This document shows, in pieces, positions 1 through 13,189 of a DNA stretch of 64,000 nucleotides. The notes under the pieces were generated by a model. That model was not told where the DNA came from and ran no database searches. It was given only the letters and a program-made list of their open reading frames with translations. Position 1 is the first letter of the stretch. Each line of letters opens with the position of its first letter. This stretch comes from Nageia nagi (taxonomy: Eukaryota > Plantae > Pinophyta). The stretch covers positions 28,086,001 through 28,150,000 of the forward strand of contig JBITNC010000001.1 of assembly GCA_050084985.1 (NCBI GenBank). Direction: 5' to 3'. The translations under genes and the position numbers were made by a program.

Positions 1-2165
1 ATTTACTTCCTAGGATATATGTTGAGGGCATTGATACCCATGCTCGTTATAATTGGGTTTCACTAGAGAAAGGCCCCTTCCCTTAAGAGGATCTATCTTG
101 TTGGATCCTACTTCCCACCATCATCTTCAAGCTATGTTATCCAGGAGGCTGAAGAGTCCCATTACCTTAACCTTTTCCCAGAGATTACCAAGAACTTTGT
201 TCAAGGTGAGATCATGTTGTTGGGCAACTTCAATGGTAGGACAAGGAATTCACAAACACAATTTTTTGATAGTGATGTAGATCTGCTCCACGTCCAGGCT
301 CTAGATCGACCCATAATATTCCAATGTGACTCAGCAAACTCCAAACCCCCCTCGGGCTATGATAGATTCCCTTTAGGCAATCAAAAAATGTCTTGCTTGT
401 CCCTTTCAAAACAATCTCCTCCATTATTTTGACCAAAATTGGGTCCTCAAAATTTTGAATTTTGGGATGTGTTGTGCAGGCACAACAGAACCGTTGGTTT
501 GATACTAATTGTAAGGACACTCACTAGCGCCTACGATGGGCCATTGTTGCTTACCCTGTATCCTCTTCCACTACCACTCTTCACCGCTCCTATCATTGTC
601 TCCTTTGAACCAAGAAAGGTCACTTTCTAGCCAAAAGGAGACTAGAGGTCCTTTCTTCACTCCACTCCAATCCCAAATCCTTTTAGCACTCCTTACCCAA
701 AAAACGTATTTCAAACTCCATCTACCTCTAAGCATAGAAAGATTAAGCTTCTTGCCTTTACAATGTACCCAACCAAAACCTTTCCTTCATCTTCTCTCGC
801 CCCCTCACTTATTATTTCTTATCCCCCCACTCATCCACACCACCATAAAAAAGCTTAATTCCAACAAAGCCTCCAACATTGAGAACCTCTAAGCCAAATT
901 CCACAAACATACAAAATTTACTCTCCTACCCTTTCTTTCCCGGCTCTTCAATAAAGTCATTTCCACAGGCTTCCCTTCTTCCTAGACATCAAACATCCTC
1001 CATCCCATCTTCAAATCTGGTGACCCTAATGAACCAAGCAATTACCACACCATAATGATCAACCATACCCTAGCCAAGCTTTATGCTATGATCCTGAAGG
1101 ACTACATTTCTAAGATGGTTGATTCAGAGGGTTTAGAGTAAGAGGAATGGAAGACTTAAAACAAAATAACCTCACCACAAATCATATATTCATTCTCAAA
1201 GAAATCATCGAGGAGGCCAGATTATGAATGTTCCCAGTCTTTCATTGTTTTGTGGACTTCAAGAAGGCCTTCAATATTGTTCCCAATCACAGACTTATGG
1301 ATCGTCTTCAACAATTGGGAGTTTCGAAGATTGGACTCATAGCCATACTGACTCTATACAAGACTCTTTCAAGATGCGTTTGTACTTTAGAGGTTCTCAA
1401 ACAACATACTTAGCATGATAGGGGTGAAGAAAGGTTACCCCCTTTCTCCAAATCTCTTTGGTCATAACATAGATAAGCTAGAGCCCTTCATCTTAAAGAC
1501 CATTAATCCTGACTTAACTTGCATCCTCCATGGCAATTGCATGTTTATCCTCCTCTTCATAAAAGATATTGTGCTACTTTCCCACTCAACTAAGAGACTT
1601 CAAAGCTTGGTTCGCACTTCGGCCTCTTTCAACAATAGATAGGAGCTTATGGTGAACCTTAGTAAGACTAAGGTTGTGGTTTTCAATGCTTCGAAAGCTA
1701 TGTTGGAAAAAACCCAAATCACCTTCTAGGATAGTACTATAGACACCGTCACCTCCACTTACTTGGCAGTAGTCTTCTCATGCCCTAGATTCTCCATGAG
1801 GACAATAGCTCCACCGAGTCGACGAAGAGGATCTTAGTCAATACACTATCTTGCTCCATTCAAAGCAAGAGGATGGTACCTCACCTTATCATGTCAGTAG
1901 AGTTCAATTGCTAGCCTCTTCAGGTGTGCGCCTTAACTTACATATTACTCTTTCTCCATCATTTATGTCACCTTTCTAGTCCTAGGTGCGACACAACAAG
2001 ACTACCTTCGAGCGCTTTGGCTTCCTCTATCAATATAGCCACATAGGGTTGCCATAAATGTTAGTTTACCTTCCTTCACTATCCTAATCAACATTGTTTG
2101 GCTCTCTATCTCCATGAGATCTTCCTTCTCCAAAAGCATTTTCTCTCTCGTACACAGCAACCGAT
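1..2165 (+). mobile_element. Degenerate LINE (APE endonuclease + RT remnants), same family as 43939..47811; runs off the window start
   Basis: Frameshifted LLGNFNGRTRN (APE), CFVDFKKAFNIV, GVKKGYPLSPNLF and VNLSKTKVVVFN (RT). Colinear with the minus-strand copy. Confidence 0.85.
376..487 (-). mobile_element. Short LTR-terminus fragment of the giant-LTR family inside the LINE
   Basis: gggtcctcaaaattttgaattttgggatgtgttgtgcaggcacaaca aligns with 17171..17218 and with the reverse complement of 51610..51660. Confidence 0.55.
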
Positions 2166-2432
2166 AAGGGACCGTTGTATTACATCTTTCTCTTGGTTTC
2201 TTCTACATATGAGGTACGTAGGCGACATCAACACAAGTCTTCACTACACATATGTCGTTCCAAGAGATGCCTTCAGGACACTCAAGTCCATTGCTGACAT
2301 GCCAAATTCCATCATTCTTCCCCTCCAATGACATGGATACAAATGTGACCCTCATGGACCATCGAGATCTCTCCCCGGTACAAAGAGCACCTGCGTGCTC
2401 TTCCCCAAAGAGATCCAAGACAGCTCTCTCTT

Positions 2433-3286
2433 TGTGATGTTCCTTTTATTTTTATTTCTTTATTTCTAGCAAACCCTCAATATAAAAATGCAGAAATAAA
2501 TTGCAGCAATAAAATAACTTAGAAATTGCTCATAAAATAACACTAGTATGAGGAGAAATCAACCAGTATCATATATATTAAATATTTCCAAACCAATACA
2601 AGCTGGAATGGACAAATGGAATCCTCATGAAACTAAAAATGCAAATACAAACTTTCCAAACTGAGTGAATCCCTCCACAAAAAAAATGCCACGAACCACT
2701 CACAAATGCCTCTTTTTGTATTTTTGATATTTTAGGGCAATAACACCTTCAATGATATTGCCAAGTCCCCAACCATGCACCTCCAATGCACTATGGGAAT
2801 GAGCAAGACCTGCAATCTCAACTCATGGAAACTCTAGGGTTTCAATATTCAATTCTTATATCACATAACATTCCCAAAATGGAGTGTTGCATCTCCTTAT
2901 ATAGACTCCAACCCTAATCTTGCATTGACCCCTCTAAGCTAATCTAAGCCATTGATTGGCCTTATTACAAATAAAAGTACTTAAAATAATATTAGAATAA
3001 CATAAAAGTTTATTATAATTCAACATTGCACTGTTAAGTAAAAATTCACTAAGTTAAGTGGATTTTCGTGTGTAGCCGTGATATGGAAGACTGGTCAGAC
3101 TGGCGAACTTCAAGTAGCCATAACTCCTTCATTTCTTGTCCAAAAGGGGTCATGTGACCACTTAAAACAAATGCCACGAGATGCTCTATCCAATTATGAA
3201 AGTGCAACGACCATATCTGACTTGTAGGAGAAAAGATTTGTGGAAAATCCCAAATGCTAGATATTCTTAAAAATAGGGTCATTACA
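2433..3286 (-). repeat. 3' LTR (854 bp)
   Basis: About 19 substitutions and no indels versus 7656..8509 by manual alignment (about 97.8% identity). Confidence 0.95.
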
Positions 3287-3300
3287 AGTCCGCCCTTCTC
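3287..3300 (-). promoter_or_regulatory. Polypurine tract (GAGAAGGGCGGACT)
   Basis: Purine-rich tract abutting the TG of the 3' LTR. It overlaps a LEDKQFEKGGLVM peptide resembling chromovirus pol ends. Confidence 0.8.
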
Positions 3301-3604
3301 AAATTGCTTGTCCTCAAGCAATCCCAACACCAACTCTACCCTGCTCAACTGAAACAAATTTAAATCATCTCTGATACCAGGATCCCAAACAATTCTACCA
3401 AAGAGAACTTTACCAAAACTTTCCCAAATCTCTCTCAAGCCTCCATATGCCTCAAAATTGAGTGAAGTTAAGTCTGATTTAACGCAAGCTAGCCAAAACT
3501 AAGTATGAAACAGGTCTGATTTCTTCAATACAGAAATGAATGAAGACTGTTGAAACCTCCCAAAATTATCTAAAATCATTCCTTCATTGTTTCCAATAGT
3601 TGTA

Positions 3605-6600
3605 CTACTTACATGTCCTTTCATACTGCTGTTTCAAAACTGAACTGAGTGTGCATATCAAAATTTGAAACTTATTATTCATATTATGTTTATGCCCAAA
3701 ACAAATATAACCCAAGCTTCCAAAGGCTGAAATTGCATCTCTCAAACCAGCCAAAACTGAAATAGTAACTTTCAAACCCAAATCAAAGCAATGGTGTTCA
3801 TGAAAGCAAGTCATACTTCTAAATGTGGCAAAATTCCATATTGCTTCTTCATCACCAAGTCCATCATGAATACATAACAAGTTTGATTTTCTGATAACAA
3901 CAGTAAAAACATAGTTTTTGTACTCCCAAAATGTAGGCAAACTGTGTGATTCTCCATCCCTCATAGTTGCATTATGTTGAAGCATCAATAAATCATCAAT
4001 AATGATGATTGAGCTCTTGGAAAATTGGCTGGAATAAAAGTGTAACAGGTTTGGTTTTCTCTTTCCAACAGCCATAAATGCATTACACTTATCTAACCTT
4101 GTGCTTTCATTATTTCCCATCATTGTGCCATGCATGAATGAAAAATAACTAGCAAATATCTCAAGAAAATAGTGACTGAAAATGAAAAGTACAGTAGTAA
4201 TATCACAACCAATTACATAATTTATTACCTCCCATATGACTTTCAAACCATGCCAAATATTAGTGACTTCAAAAATGCTTTCCTTGGTCAAAAACATGTT
4301 GCACACCTTTTCCAATACTTCTTCATACTGTTGTAGTAACTTTGAACTAAATGTGCACATCATGGATGAAGACTTACTCACACTTTTATGTTCAAAACCA
4401 CAACAATCATGACTATGTGCTTCCATAACTGAAAATACACTTTCAAAACCAACCAATGCAAAAAGTATATAACTTAAATTCATGGCAAAATGAAAATAAG
4501 TTACCTTCCCAAATATGTTGGCATCACCACAAGACACCAATTTCTGAAACTCATTATGTTTTCTATCAACAAGTTCATCCTCATCATGCCCCAAATGAAA
4601 TAGTACACTGCTGTCATAAAAATCAGAATTCAACTTGTAACTTTGTGGAATGTTTTCATGTCTGCCCAAGTATGAATTTATCTTCCTTTTCTCCCTATAA
4701 TTGATCATTGCACCTTTACACATGAAATTTACTGTTTTTACCTTACCCAAGTTGAGCAAAAGAACACATATGCAATTTTGCAACTCATGCATATCAGTCT
4801 CAACTCTTATTGCATAAAAAATCATGCAATGTACAATCATATTTGTATAAATTGTAAACACACTAATTGTCATCAGAACAGTACAAAACATCTTGCAAAG
4901 TGGAGTGCAAAACATGAAGGAAGATGTAATAATATTTTGACAAGTATATATAAAACCTTCCTTTGTGTATGCCCAAATAAACTCACAAATCAAATCAGTT
5001 TCATGTGTAAGTTCTGCAATCTGAAAACTGTATGCCATCTTATGTATGTCAATGATCAAATACCAACTTAAAATCCTCCAATGTAGTGTGCTCCAAATCA
5101 AACCTGAATTGAAGATGTACAAGGGCTTCAAAGTGTAATCAAGAGTCTTCACAAGGGCTATGAACGGTATAAAAGTAGAAAAAATGCAATCAAGACTACC
5201 CAAGTGCTTCTCTAAGACCCATGAATTGCTCAAAATGTCTTCCAACTCCAACAATCTGAAAATGAAATGATTAACTTTCCATCTGGAACTATTACACATT
5301 CTCAAAATGAAATCAAAAATCATCAAGATGAAATTATGAACCAATGCATGCCAAGGTTCAACAAAAAATACAACCCATCTATCCCATTTGCATTTTAAAC
5401 CATACTTGAAATGTACACAAGTCTCCCAATCAAGTGTGGAATCAATCCTTTTGCTGCTCCAAAAATTCATCAAATTTGCAACTGTAATTCTCTCAATTTT
5501 TCCAATCATGGTGCTTCTTTGTTGGCTGTTCCAACTGTTTAAAAGATTGAAAGTATCATGTGAACATGTATGATGAAAAATATGCCAATTGTTTTCATTT
5601 TCTTCTGCAATTTTTCTGATTTTTAAATCACATTTATTGATTACAAAAAAGTGAGAATTTTGCACTATTCTACCCACATATAAGACTTCAAAAGTCCACT
5701 CCAAATACCAAAATTGAATCAGCAATTTGTAAATCCACGAAAGCCACAAAAATAAGTGAAAAGATACCACATGTCCATGAAAAAGTATCTCCTTCTGTAA
5801 TGTCCCACTTGAGAAGTGTTCTACACCTCCTACCATGCTGATGCATCCACATGAGAAAAATAAACATTTTGTTTGAAGGAACTATGGTTGTAGTAAATTT
5901 ACCTTTACATAACAGAATTTGTGAAATGTCAAAGGATTGTCCTCCTCCCATGAGATGAGTATGAGACATGTACCATGGTTGAATATGTTGTGATTCTTTC
6001 CTCCAAATGAACTCTTACCATATATGAAAAGAATTCCTGGATCCCATGCATTTAAAGATTGATCATAATTCTCAAATGTGATTGATCTTTCCCTCACAAA
6101 ACTCTTCACACAAGGAAAACTAAGGCCATTATGATCACAATTATCTAAGGGCTTAATTTGGATTTCTAGCCCATTTCTCTCCAAACTTTCACAAACTGAA
6201 AATTCTTCAACACCCTTTTGTAGCTTTCCCATAGAGTATGCAAAAAACAAATTTGAAACATTCTCTAACTCTTTTCCCAAATCATGAGCATCATGTTTCT
6301 CATTGAATTCATTTTCAACATGTGTAGGTATAAATGTACAAAAGGAAGTATTTTGGTTCTCTTTCAAACATACCTCAAGTGGGAGAGTAGCATCTCTATC
6401 ACCAATCTCTTGAGTGAAATCAATCATGCTAGACAAACCATGCTCCATTGCTGAAATGTCTTCACTACTTGCATTTTCTTCAAAATTTTCTGTTTGGCCC
6501 CTTTCCTCTTTTTCAATGGTAGGAGCAACTTCAAAATTTTTTGCACAATTCTCCTCAAGCTCTTCTTTTTTATGGAAAATTTCAGCTTTCTCTGTTTTTC

Positions 6601-6763
6601 CCAAAGTTGATAAACTATCTTGACCATTAAAGGTGGGAAAATTTACCCTTTTTAATGTCACTATTGCTTGTCTATTTGCTTCCTCTAATGTCACCATCTT
6701 TTCCATCAAAACAATCATTGCATCCAACTTTTGCTCATTCTCTTTTCTCCTGAATAGTTCCAT
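3605..6763 (-). CDS. Element-borne 1,052-codon frame (the 293-aa and 743-aa ORFs are in frame, separated by one TAG at 5882-5884); function unknown
   Basis: Junction reads CAA CCA TAG TTC CTT CAA ACA AAA TGT TTA TTT TTC TCA TGT GGA TGC ATC AGC ATG. N-terminal KRVNFPTFNGQD resembles Gypsy Gag starts; GLGDEEAIW resembles a chromodomain remnant. Confidence 0.6.
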
Positions 6764-7640
6764 GATCCACTCTTAGCAAACATCAACCTTCAAACCCCTA
6801 TTTGTACAATTCCTGAAAAATAGGTCAAAAATCATAGGAAATGCTAGATCACATATAAAAGAAATTTCAACATTTTTTCTAAAGGTTGCAATGAGAAGTA
6901 GAGCTTAATGGGTGCTCAAAAGTACCCGACAAATACCTCCAACTAACTGAATCTTCAAAAACGTCACCTTCTTGTTTTTCCTCTAAAAAACCCTTCTAAA
7001 ACCTTAAAATTGCATACAAAGTGTTCAAAAATACCCCTTAGGGTTAGATATTCAGCTTAGTATGCTGGATCTGATGTTGGAACTCCAAAATTGGCCTCAA
7101 ATGGCCCCTCAAAATAGGGTTTCCTGATACCCACGAAATTAGGGTTTCTTTCTGCAACCAAACAAATTACCAAGAATCTGCAATATCCAAAATGATTTTC
7201 ACTATAAAATTGGCAACCCTAATTCTGAAAAACTCTGAAACTGAGATACCCACAATTGAAAAACACTGAAAAATGCTAGATCTGAAAATTCCGTAGAAAT
7301 TTTTTACTCAAAACTCCAATTCTGCCTAGAATCCTTGAGCAAAATTTTTCTGACTAGCTAGAATAATAGATCAAGACTTTCTATGTTTGAAAATAGCTTT
7401 CAATCCTGCAATTCTTATCTCTCAACCCTAGACGACTTAGTCTAGGAATGCGATTTACTTTAAAAAATGCCTTTTAACCTTGAAAAATTGCTTTTAAAAT
7501 ACAAACCTCCTTGATCTATTAGATCCCCCAAAAATATTCAACACCCAGATGCTAGAAACTAAAGATCTGAATTTTTTGCAGAAACATTAACTCCAAATCT
7601 TTGAAAAATGTTAGATCTAACCTCAGGCTGGCAAGATCCA

Positions 7641-7653
7641 AGCTCTGATACCA
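7641..7653 (-). promoter_or_regulatory. Primer-binding site, tRNA-iMet (TGGTATCAGAGCT)
   Basis: Canonical plant iMet PBS 2 nt from the 5' LTR. Confidence 0.93.
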
Positions 7654-7655
7654 CT

Positions 7656-8509
7656 TGTGATGTTCCTTTTATTTTTATTTCTTTATTTCTAGCAAACCCT
7701 CAATATAAAAATGCAAAAATAAATTGCAGCAATAAAATAACTTAGAAATTGCTCATAAAATAACACTAGTATGAGGAGAAATCAGCCAGTATCATATATA
7801 TTAAATATTTCCAAACCAATACAAGCTGGAATGGACAAATGGAATCCTCACGAAACTAAAAATGCAGATACAAACTTTCCAAACTGAGTGAATCCCTCCA
7901 CAAAAAAAATGCCACGAACCACTCACAGATGCCTCTTTTTGTATTTTTGATATTTTAGGGCAATAACACCTTCAATGATATTGTCAAGTCCCCAACCATG
8001 CACCTCCAATGCACTATGGGAATGAGCAAGACCTGCAATCTCAACTCATGGAAACTCTAGGGTTTCAATATTCAATTCTCATATCACATAACATTCCCAA
8101 AATGGAGTGTTGCATCTCCTTATATAGACTCCAACCCTAATCTTGCATTGACCCCTCTAAGCTAATCTAAACCATTGATTGGCCTTATTACAAATAAAAG
8201 TACTTAAAATAATATTACAATAACATAAAAGTTTATTATAATTCAACATTGCACTTTTATGTAAAAATCCACTAAGTTAAGTGGATTTTCGTGTGTAGGC
8301 GCGATATGGAAGACTGGTCCGACTGGTGAACTTCAAGTAGCCATAACTCCTTCATTTCTTGTCCAAAAGGGGTCATGTGACCACTTAAAACAAATGCCAC
8401 GAGATGCTCTATCCAATTATGAAGGTGCAACGACCATATCTAACTTGTAGGAGAAAAGATTTGTGGAAAATCCCAAATGCAAGATATTCTTAAAAATAGG
8501 GTCATTACA
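7656..8509 (-). repeat. 5' LTR (854 bp)
   Basis: Direct repeat of 2433..3286, adjacent to the PBS. Confidence 0.95.
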
Positions 8510-10640
8510 CTCTTGATCAACCTTTTGTATATCTCTTCTTCTTAGGGTTTGATTCTTCTTCTTGTTCGAATTCATTTAGGGTTTTTCTTAGATTGGGCCA
8601 ACTAGGGCTACACTTGCATTTGAAGCATGATTGTATCCACTAGTCCCATTGACTACTTTTGGTCATCCAAGGACATTAATATACTTTGTTTCTTTCTTGC
8701 TTCCCCATGGCCCTCCAATTTTAGATTTCAAAAAAAGAAAGTCCAACATTCTCCACTAGGGAAATTCTCTCTAGCATGCTTTCCCAAAGAATGTCCCTTA
8801 CAAATATCCTTCTTTTCATCAATAGGTGGAAGCCCAAGAACAAATTCTTTGGTGGCCATTGTATTTAAACTAGAGAAATTGAGGTGTCCAAACCTGAAGT
8901 GCCATAAGCAACTTGAATCTTCCATGACCAAATGGCACAAACTACCTCCATTGTTCCCCAACCTCAAAGGAAATGTTCTACTTTTGCTCATAGAAACCAT
9001 TATCACAATTTTTCCATGTTTTAAAATGAAGCAAACAACCTTTCCAAGCTCAACATTCTTGAAGGTCATCTCATGTTTTCCTTTGCAAGCTATCCTAATC
9101 TAAGCAAATTATATTTCATATTTGAAGCATAGTATTTATCAAGAATTTTTTTCTTTTGATGCTCATTGTCCACTTCCATGACTTATTATCCATGCACACC
9201 AAGTGTAGACTTGTCACCAATCTTGAACTCCCTCTTGTAAGAAGTGTACAACTTGGTGATGGGCTCTTTGTTCCAGTCATGGTCGGGGCTTGGAACAACC
9301 ACAATCAACATACAACCATTCCTAAGAGATGTTTTCATATTTATCAACTATCAAGAACATAAATTCTTCTTCCCCTTCATGGAAAATGTTTGCTTTTGAT
9401 TCCTCTATTTTCTTAGTTTCTTTGGGTTTTCCCTTATAAGCAACTTTTTGTCTTCATTTTCTTGCAAAATGAGATGGTTTCTGGCAATAGTGACATAAGA
9501 GATCTTTCTTCTTTTATCCCTATAGATCCATTAGCTCCACTTTTTTTCCTTTCCATCGGCTCTTGGAACTAAAAACAACCTTCTTATTGGAGACAGTTCC
9601 CATGGGAGGTAAGATCTTTGTCCAAGATGAATTCATACTCCTACAAGCCATGTAATTCATATGACAAGACAGTTCCATGAAGTTCGTATAACTTCAATTT
9701 GGTAAAGCCCTTGGTGTGTCCAAACACTACTGTTAATTGGAAAAACTTGGCACGACGTGATCTCAATATTGTCTTGCAAAAAACTGCATCATGCAAATTT
9801 CTTCCATTAATAGTCATTTTCTTGACAACATCCTTGATTCTCATATAAAAATCCTCCCTTTTCTCTCTCCACCATCTTGAGATTCTCGAATATTCTCTTG
9901 GTATTTTACAAGCTCACAATCTTGATTTGGTCATTTGACCCATCATAGGAATCCTCCAAATTTTTCCAAGCTTTATTTGTAATCCTCATGGTTGCCACGA
10001 GAAGGAAAATGAGTTTATCCAAAGCTGAAAGGATGTAGCAGAGAGCCTCAAAATTGTTTTGCTCCTCCATCCCCTTGACCTCCTAATCATCCTTTGACAA
10101 GATCTTCCAATCCTTTGAAGGAACATACTAATTTTTCACACGTTTCCAAAGCCCCTTACACCTCAACAGAATCTGCATTTTGATGCTCCAATAATCAATC
10201 TTCACCATTAAACTCAGAAACAGGAAGGTTTGAGTTGCCTTTGTGTTCTACAATTATACCTCAAAAATAACAAGGAAAAGAAACTCTCCAAACTTGTTTT
10301 TGGTTAGAAAAAATAAATTTCTCTCAACCTACAGTCTAACTAGGTCTAACACCAAATATTAATTTTCCAAACTCAATTTGCACTTATTCATTTTATGAAA
10401 CACTTTCAAACAAGAATTGTAAACCAAGCAAAAATGACAGCAAACTGAAAAAACCAAATGAACATACCTCACACAGATATTAACAAAGTGGAATAATAAA
10501 AATGACCAGATTTTGACACTTAATGGAATCTTGTATTGTTCTCAAAACTACATGTACAGTACTGGAACATACACAATAACACCACACACAAAAATGAAGC
10601 AAATGTACAATATATTACACTCTTGATATAACCCTTCACT
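8510..10640 (-). mobile_element. Degenerate Ty1/Copia 5' half (gag, GAG-pre-integrase), truncated
   Basis: DYWSIKMQILLRCKGLWKRV (about 10140-10200), MRIKDVVKKMTINGRNLHDAVFCKTILRS (UBN2-type gag) and LWHFRFGHLNFSSL...GLPPIDEKKDICKGHSLGKHARENFP (GAG-pre-integrase). Degenerate iMet PBS at about 10343-10354. Right end approximate. Confidence 0.85.
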
Positions 10641-10824
10641 TTTCAATGCCAGTTAGATTTCCATAGCATTTTTCATAAGTCCCATGTGTCTCTTGCCTTG
10701 CTTGAAGCTCAAGAGAAATTGACTTTTTTTTCTTACATTACAATTATCTTAAAAATAAAAAATGGCAAAGCACTGATTGAGAATTTGTCAATTAGATGTG
10801 ATAAGATGATTTTAAAATGCCAAC

Positions 10825-11103
10825 CTTCGACCTCGAGAGAACTGCAGGATCGCTACTTCGAGAAAGAAGACGAGCAAATGGAAGCATCTCTGCAACTTCA
10901 GCATTAGGAACTTCCAATCTTAATCTCCACCTTCCCATAGAAGTAATGAGATTTCCAAGCTGTCCAGCCATTGCCCTTTTCAACATGCTCCCTCCTTTCT
11001 CCCTTTCACTAGAGAACCGATCTCGTGTTCCAGGTAGCACATATTCACCCTGCAACTCATACCTGCTATAAGCTTGTTTCAGAACAGACTTCTCAATTGT
11101 AAT
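10825..11103 (-). CDS. TIC236: TIC236 internal exon H (ITIEKSVLKQAYSRYELQGEYVLPG...EVAEMLPFARLLSRSSDPAVLSRSK)
   Basis: Matches TIC236 ITVEKTILEQSNSRYELQGEYVLPG...SMGRWRMRLEVPKAEVAEMLPLARLLSRSTDPAVHSRSK. Acceptor tgcag|ATT, donor AAG|gttgg, 279 nt. Confidence 0.96.
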
Positions 11104-11177
11104 CTGCATGAAAGTTTGCAATAGAAAAGTGAGGAGAAATTATATCATAGCAACAAAAGAAAAGTACAACAAAATTA

Positions 11178-11207
11178 TGTGTGTGTGTGTGTATATAGAG
11201 AGAGAGA
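11178..11207. repeat. Compound microsatellite (TG)n(TA)n(GA)n
   Basis: Seen directly. Confidence 0.85.
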
Positions 11208-13189
11208 ATTTTGCTGAATTCAAATAATAAAGTTTTCCTAAGGATCTCAACCAAGGTAAGGCATATACGATATAAGGATCTCAAGCAGCAAAATATTATT
11301 ATGTTTGAAAAATCCAGGAATCCAAAAGCATTTGATTGCACACATGTGAATAAATATATTGTATATTGAATAAATTACTATCCTCCAAAAGAAAAGACAA
11401 GAGAAAGCAAATGTTCCGGTCTATAGCCTTGAATGATTATGAGCAAAATAGTTGATCAGCACCAAAGGTGAAACTGATGGTTTTACCTGATAACATGCTT
11501 CTGGATCAAAATATATCTTCCAATGAAAATTACACTGACAATTTTTTGGACAGCAAACTTATGTGAATAACTATATATAGTGCATCCATATCACAAATAA
11601 GCATAGACAACACATAGGGTCTATTTTACAGTTGAGAAAAAAAAAATTGATGGTTGCACAACAAAATCCAAGGTTTCTTCCTCTACTCATACCTCAGACT
11701 AAGGGATGTCCAAGAACCCTCTGGCTTTCGATAACCATTGTTGTCTTTTCTTCATTTGAAAGCATTATTATCTTTACTTTCCTATGCCCGGGATATTATG
11801 ATTAGATCTAATATAGACAAGTTATCCTTCTACTTAGAAAATCTTCCTTTTTGGTCCTCTGTAATGTCTCTATTCTTTCTCAGCTGTATCTATTTGTATC
11901 AAGAATAAGAAAGCATTGATTTTAACATACAGTCTGTTGTTTCAAATATGGCCTTCATTACTGAGCCTGTTCTTCTGTTTTGGGTTTCAGTCCCTCGAAG
12001 GCCCATCTATTCTCGAAATGTTGCATTAAAAAAAAGAAACAATAATCTGAAGAATAAAGTCCAGCATTATAATCTGTATGTATCCATGAGAAGGTTCCAT
12101 ACAAAGCAAACTATGTTCATTTATGACAATACTTCTAAATTTCCATCATCAATCAATCAGTTCAGAATTTGAAAGAAAAGCGATAAGTTTCTTCAGCCAC
12201 ATGGGCGAAAATCAAGTTTTTATATCCTCCAAAACTCAAGAAGTCATCTCTGCAGCTTTAAGATGGCTTGTATGACTCACCATTGGACCTTTTGAAACTA
12301 AAAACCGCAATTGCATCATCTTTCATAGTCTATAGCGTAACAGTAATGGCTTCCATAATATTTTTCTAGAACTTCAAACTGCAATGTCTCAATGTGCAAC
12401 ACAAGTTACTTTTATTTTTTAAATCGTTTGTCACTAAGTTTTCTTGGAGTCAAAAGCTTTGAAATGAATACCATGTTGAAAATCCACATACAATGAAAGG
12501 CTCTTATAACAACTCAATGGTAGCAAATGCACCCAAGTTTATGCCCTCAGAATCTGGACTTGTGATAGAACATGACTATTCCACTGGGAAACTCAAGCAA
12601 AAGAGAATTTTACTTTATGAGGAACCTTAGAGTGTTGTTAACGGCACAACGAACCATGATTTAACAGATATACCCTCTTTGACATTATTAGCAAAAAGGC
12701 TCTTACATTGACCATGTTCTCAGTTTTGAACGATGTGCAACCATGCATCCAATACTGAATGCACAAGGAACATGGGATACAGCCCTAACAATCTTTGAGT
12801 CTGACAATGAGATAAAGACCGTTTACATCTAAGGACAACTTCACACGCTTTTCATACGGAAGGAAAACTTTTTGTAGAAATTATTCCATATTTCTGAGTT
12901 GACAGTTGCATAGGCAGCTATCATGGACACAGCTGATGTTAAGGATTTGGCCTTGCAGTGCTTTCAGCTTTGCCAACCTCATGAAAAGCATTTTTAGATT
13001 TAATAAATGTCAACATTCTCCAACAAGGAAATGTTGGGAGGGATTTCTTTCCCACGGAAACTCTGAATCACCATAGGCATGAGCTTCCCAGTATCTTAGT
13101 CAAGAAACTCCTATTAACCGCTCTGACATCTGTAGGTAACCTGCAAAGTAAAATTCAATGCTTGTACAAATGTTTCTATGTAGTGATAT

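Larger units (their letters stand above)
2433..8509 (-). mobile_element. Structurally complete non-autonomous LTR retrotransposon (6,077 bp; chromovirus-like Gypsy derivative)
   Basis: Two 854-bp TG..CA LTRs, 5-bp TSD CTCTT (2428-2432 and 8510-8514), tRNA-iMet PBS and PPT. No RT, RH or IN motifs are recognisable. Confidence 0.95.

Noticed and set aside
4456-6623. Several 60-100 aa plus-strand ORFs
   Set aside because: Shadow frames opposite the long minus-strand ORF.
6790-7600. Scattered AACCCTA/TAGGGTT motifs
   Set aside because: Isolated telo-box-like words common in plant LTR leaders, not a telomeric array.
1-10824. Next TIC236 exon (expected DLFIQ...-like peptide)
   Set aside because: Not found; the interval is accounted for by LINE, LTR and Copia sequence, so the exon probably lies beyond the window.
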